This document shows, in pieces, positions 61,839 through 64,000 of a stretch of 64,000 nucleotides of DNA. This DNA comes from Octopus vulgaris (taxonomy: Eukaryota). The translations under genes and the position numbers were made by a program. The stretch's first letter is position 1. Every line of letters starts with the position of its first letter. The DNA lies in NCBI GenBank assembly GCA_951406725.2, contig OX597824.1:11966001-12030000 (forward strand), in the 5' to 3' direction. Below the pieces are notes generated by a model. The model was given only the letters and a program-made list of their open reading frames with translations, had not been told where the DNA came from and did no database searches.

Positions 61839-63448
61839 AGATGAATTTTGCTCTAAACTAAGCTTGAAGCTACAGTAGTGCAATGGACTACAAAGAAGGG
61901 AAAAAAAAAGAGCCTACAAATTCTGAAGATGCCCATTGACAAAACGCTTACAGGGCTGAATATCAAAAGTCAGACAATGACTGTGGTTTCTAGAGCACAG
62001 CAGCTCAAGTGAGGAAAGAAGCTACCAGAATAAAAAAGAACTTATGACTAACAGGAAACTCAACAGAAAAAATGATGCGCCTGAGAAGAGACGTACAGGA
62101 CATATTTAAAGGTCTTGACAGAGGGCACTAGACCAGAAAGTTTATCAGCTAGGTCAGCATAATAAAGAGTTAAAAATTACTATAATAATGTTACTTTTAA
62201 ATGATGGTTATAAAATATTAAATATTCAGTACAACAGGCATATGTGTACCCTTTAAAACGACAGCCACCAACTTTAATATGGGATGCCAAAATTTAATAT
62301 TTCTATTATTGAAAAATGCAAATAGTTTTGTAATCTGAGCATGAACATAAATACTTCTGTTCTTTAAAAATTTTAATTGGAAAATAAATGTTTCCATCAT
62401 TAGAAACACTATTTTATTTAATGCGGAGATCAAATTAATAATCAATCAATAAGGATAACAGATGAATGCTGTCATCTTCAAAATGTAAACATAAACTGAA
62501 AGAAACTGTAATTATTTTAATGAATTGTCAACAACTGTTGAAAGAATGAAAGTATTTAAATGGAAACATGAGTGTTTATATTCTTCACTACCAGCAATGG
62601 ACCACTACAAGATCCAGTCTTTGTTGTAGTGTAGTGGCTTTTGTGCTGCAATGGCCGAGAGCTACCCAGCAGAGCATGAGTCCCAAGTGGGGCCCTCTTG
62701 TGTTTGATAGGCCAAAGAATCATGGACAAATAAGGAATGCTTTTTGCCATAAGTAAAAAAAAACAACAAACAAGCTTACATAGGGTTAACATGTCTACTA
62801 AGGGGGGAAAAAATCCAAAAAAAATCAATGACAGTTCAAATCCAACAAGACCTTCCCTCAGGGACAAAGTGCAGCAAAATCTGAAAGGAAGCTGCAAGGT
62901 TGAATCTCCTTCTGACCACCAGGAGGCAGCCCAGAGTCAAGAACAGTGGACAAAAGTTGTAACTGGCCTGTGCTCCATAAGGAGTAGAGGGCTTAGGTAA
63001 GTAACTACCAACAATGAAGACACTGTACATCTTATTGAAACAACTAAGCCCCTTCTATTATTGCACAGTTCAAACCTTCACATGAAAAATTACAACAGTG
63101 AAGTTTGCTCATCTTTTAATGATATATGAAACCATTTTCCATAGCTATGAAAATTAAGTTTGTCCAGAGACAAAACATACTTCTTTCAGCCAGTATGTAC
63201 AAACAAGAGGAAAAACATATCATATCTTTATCTTTTACTTGTTTTAAGTATTAGACTGTGGCCATGCTGGGCACTGCTCTTGAAGGGTTTAGTTGAACAA
63301 ATCAATCCCAGTTCTTTTTTTTTATTGTAAAACCTGGTACTTATTCTATCATTCGCTTTTTGTCAGACTGCTAATTCATAGGGACAGAAATAAACCAACA
63401 CTGATTGTCAGGCAGTGGTGGGGGACAAACACATACACAAAGGTATAA

Positions 63449-63503
<55 letters not shown>

Positions 63504-63668
63504 TGCAGGCGTGGCTGTGTGGTAAGAAACTTGCTTCCAAACCACGTGATTTCAGGTTCAGTTCCATTGCATGGCACCTTGGGTAAGTGTCTTCTACAAT
63601 AGCCTCACGCTGACTAAAGCCTTGTGAGTGGATTTGGTAGACGGAAACTGAAAGAAGCCCATCGTGTT

Positions 63669-63700
<32 letters not shown>

Positions 63701-63931
63701 TATATATATGTATGTATATTTCTAAGTATGTGTCTTTGTCCTTTCACCATCACTTGACCAACTGATGTTGGTGTATTATGTCCCCGTAACTTAGCAGTTC
63801 TGCAAAAGCGACTGATAGAATAAGTACTAGGCTTACAAAGAATAAGTCCTGGGGCCGATTTCTTTGACTAAAACCATTTAACATGGTGCTCTAGCATGGC
63901 TGCAGTCAAATGACTGAAACATGCAAAAGAG

Positions 63932-63978
<47 letters not shown>

Positions 63979-64000
63979 GAAGGTTTGGAGATGATGTACA

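Noticed and set aside
52593-64000. Missing N-terminal CLASRP exons (PWQGD..IDRFDVRAHLD)
   Set aside because: Not found by eye in this interval and probably beyond the window; tBLASTn would settle it.

Overview
Eukaryotic, AT-rich, repeat-dense genomic DNA. The SINE families, the (TA)n/(CA)n/(ATC)n microsatellite load and the intron style suggest an octopus or other coleoid cephalopod; this is an inference, not a database match. The one intact gene is a CLASRP/SFRS16 orthologue (CLK4-associating SR-rich splicing regulator) on the minus strand. Fifteen coding exons between 52590 and 17386 join by hand through GT-AG introns into one uninterrupted frame of about 634 aa, followed by a 3'UTR with poly(A) signals near 17.0 kb. 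The first ~100 codons were not found and probably lie beyond 64000. The rest is mobile-element debris: two dead mariners (one split by a probable solo LTR), RTE and CR1 LINE fragments, Helitron-like, Tc1/pogo- and piggyBac-type MITEs, at least four SINE families, Penelope-like hairpin elements in (TA)n tracts, and a 3'-truncated RPL9 retrocopy. Almost all ORFs in the supplied track are repeat noise. I found no multi-gene novel system. The most interesting signals are RNA-level: an intronic sense-strand minimal hammerhead-like motif with a swapped G3:C8 core pair inside a 71-bp hairpin, a tandem repeat with decayed hammerheads, frameshifting tandem 5' splice sites, and inverted SINE pairs bracketing exons.
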